Below are positions 35,001 to 35,026 of a stretch of DNA of 35,026 bases, piece by piece. This stretch comes from Trypethelium eluteriae. Its lineage: Eukaryota. Under the pieces are notes generated by a model. It was not told the DNA's origin and made no database searches. It saw only the letters and a program-made list of their open reading frames with translations. Positions within the stretch are counted from its first letter, which is position 1; every line of letters starts with the position of its first letter. The stretch is from NCBI GenBank assembly GCA_051942245.1, contig JAVECL010000219.1:1-35026 (forward strand). The letters are read 5' to 3'. The position numbers were made by a program, and so were the translations under genes.

Positions 35001-35026
35001 ATGTCCACCCCCTCCACAATGAAAGC
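35001..35026 (+). CDS. Probable 5' end of a gene (MSTPSTMKA...), truncated by the window edge; the start resembles medium-chain dehydrogenase/reductase N-termini
   Basis: CGCAATG context after a C-rich leader; TATAAA at about 34819. Only 8-9 codons are visible, so the product is a guess. Confidence 0.3.

Noticed and set aside
1..35026. Transposons, CRISPR arrays, tRNA/rRNA genes, secondary-metabolite core enzymes
   Set aside because: No transposase or reverse-transcriptase motifs, terminal repeats, spacer arrays, cloverleaf or rRNA-like sequence, or PKS/NRPS domains were seen by eye.

Overview
Intron-containing genomic DNA from a filamentous ascomycete (Pezizomycotina, inferred from short GT-AG introns with CTRAY branch sites and the gene content). 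I reconstructed about 15 protein-coding genes by hand, many of them split across or missed by the ORF track. A conserved housekeeping block (RTR1, BBC1, MRP51, RPS17; about 18-26.2 kb) is flanked by accessory-type genes: a DUF1774 membrane protein, a single-pass Ser/Thr-rich membrane protein, a Pth11-like GPCR, a DUF6594 protein, a divergent Zn2Cys6 transcription factor/DHA2-MFS efflux pump pair, a phenol 2-monooxygenase, a double ZZ-finger protein, a Clr5-ankyrin protein and a small membrane peptide. No rRNA, tRNA, CRISPR array or intact transposon was recognised. The most striking non-annotated signals are RNA-level. (i) A hairpin of about 117 nt and 39 bp in the long BBC1 intron exactly encloses an in-frame 96-nt candidate cassette exon and base-pairs its 5' splice site. 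(ii) RPS17 has an 18-bp intronic stem and a GC-AG intron. (iii) Repeated CGG motifs lie in the TF/MFS bidirectional promoter. All family calls are from motif recognition by eye; no searches or folding programs were run.
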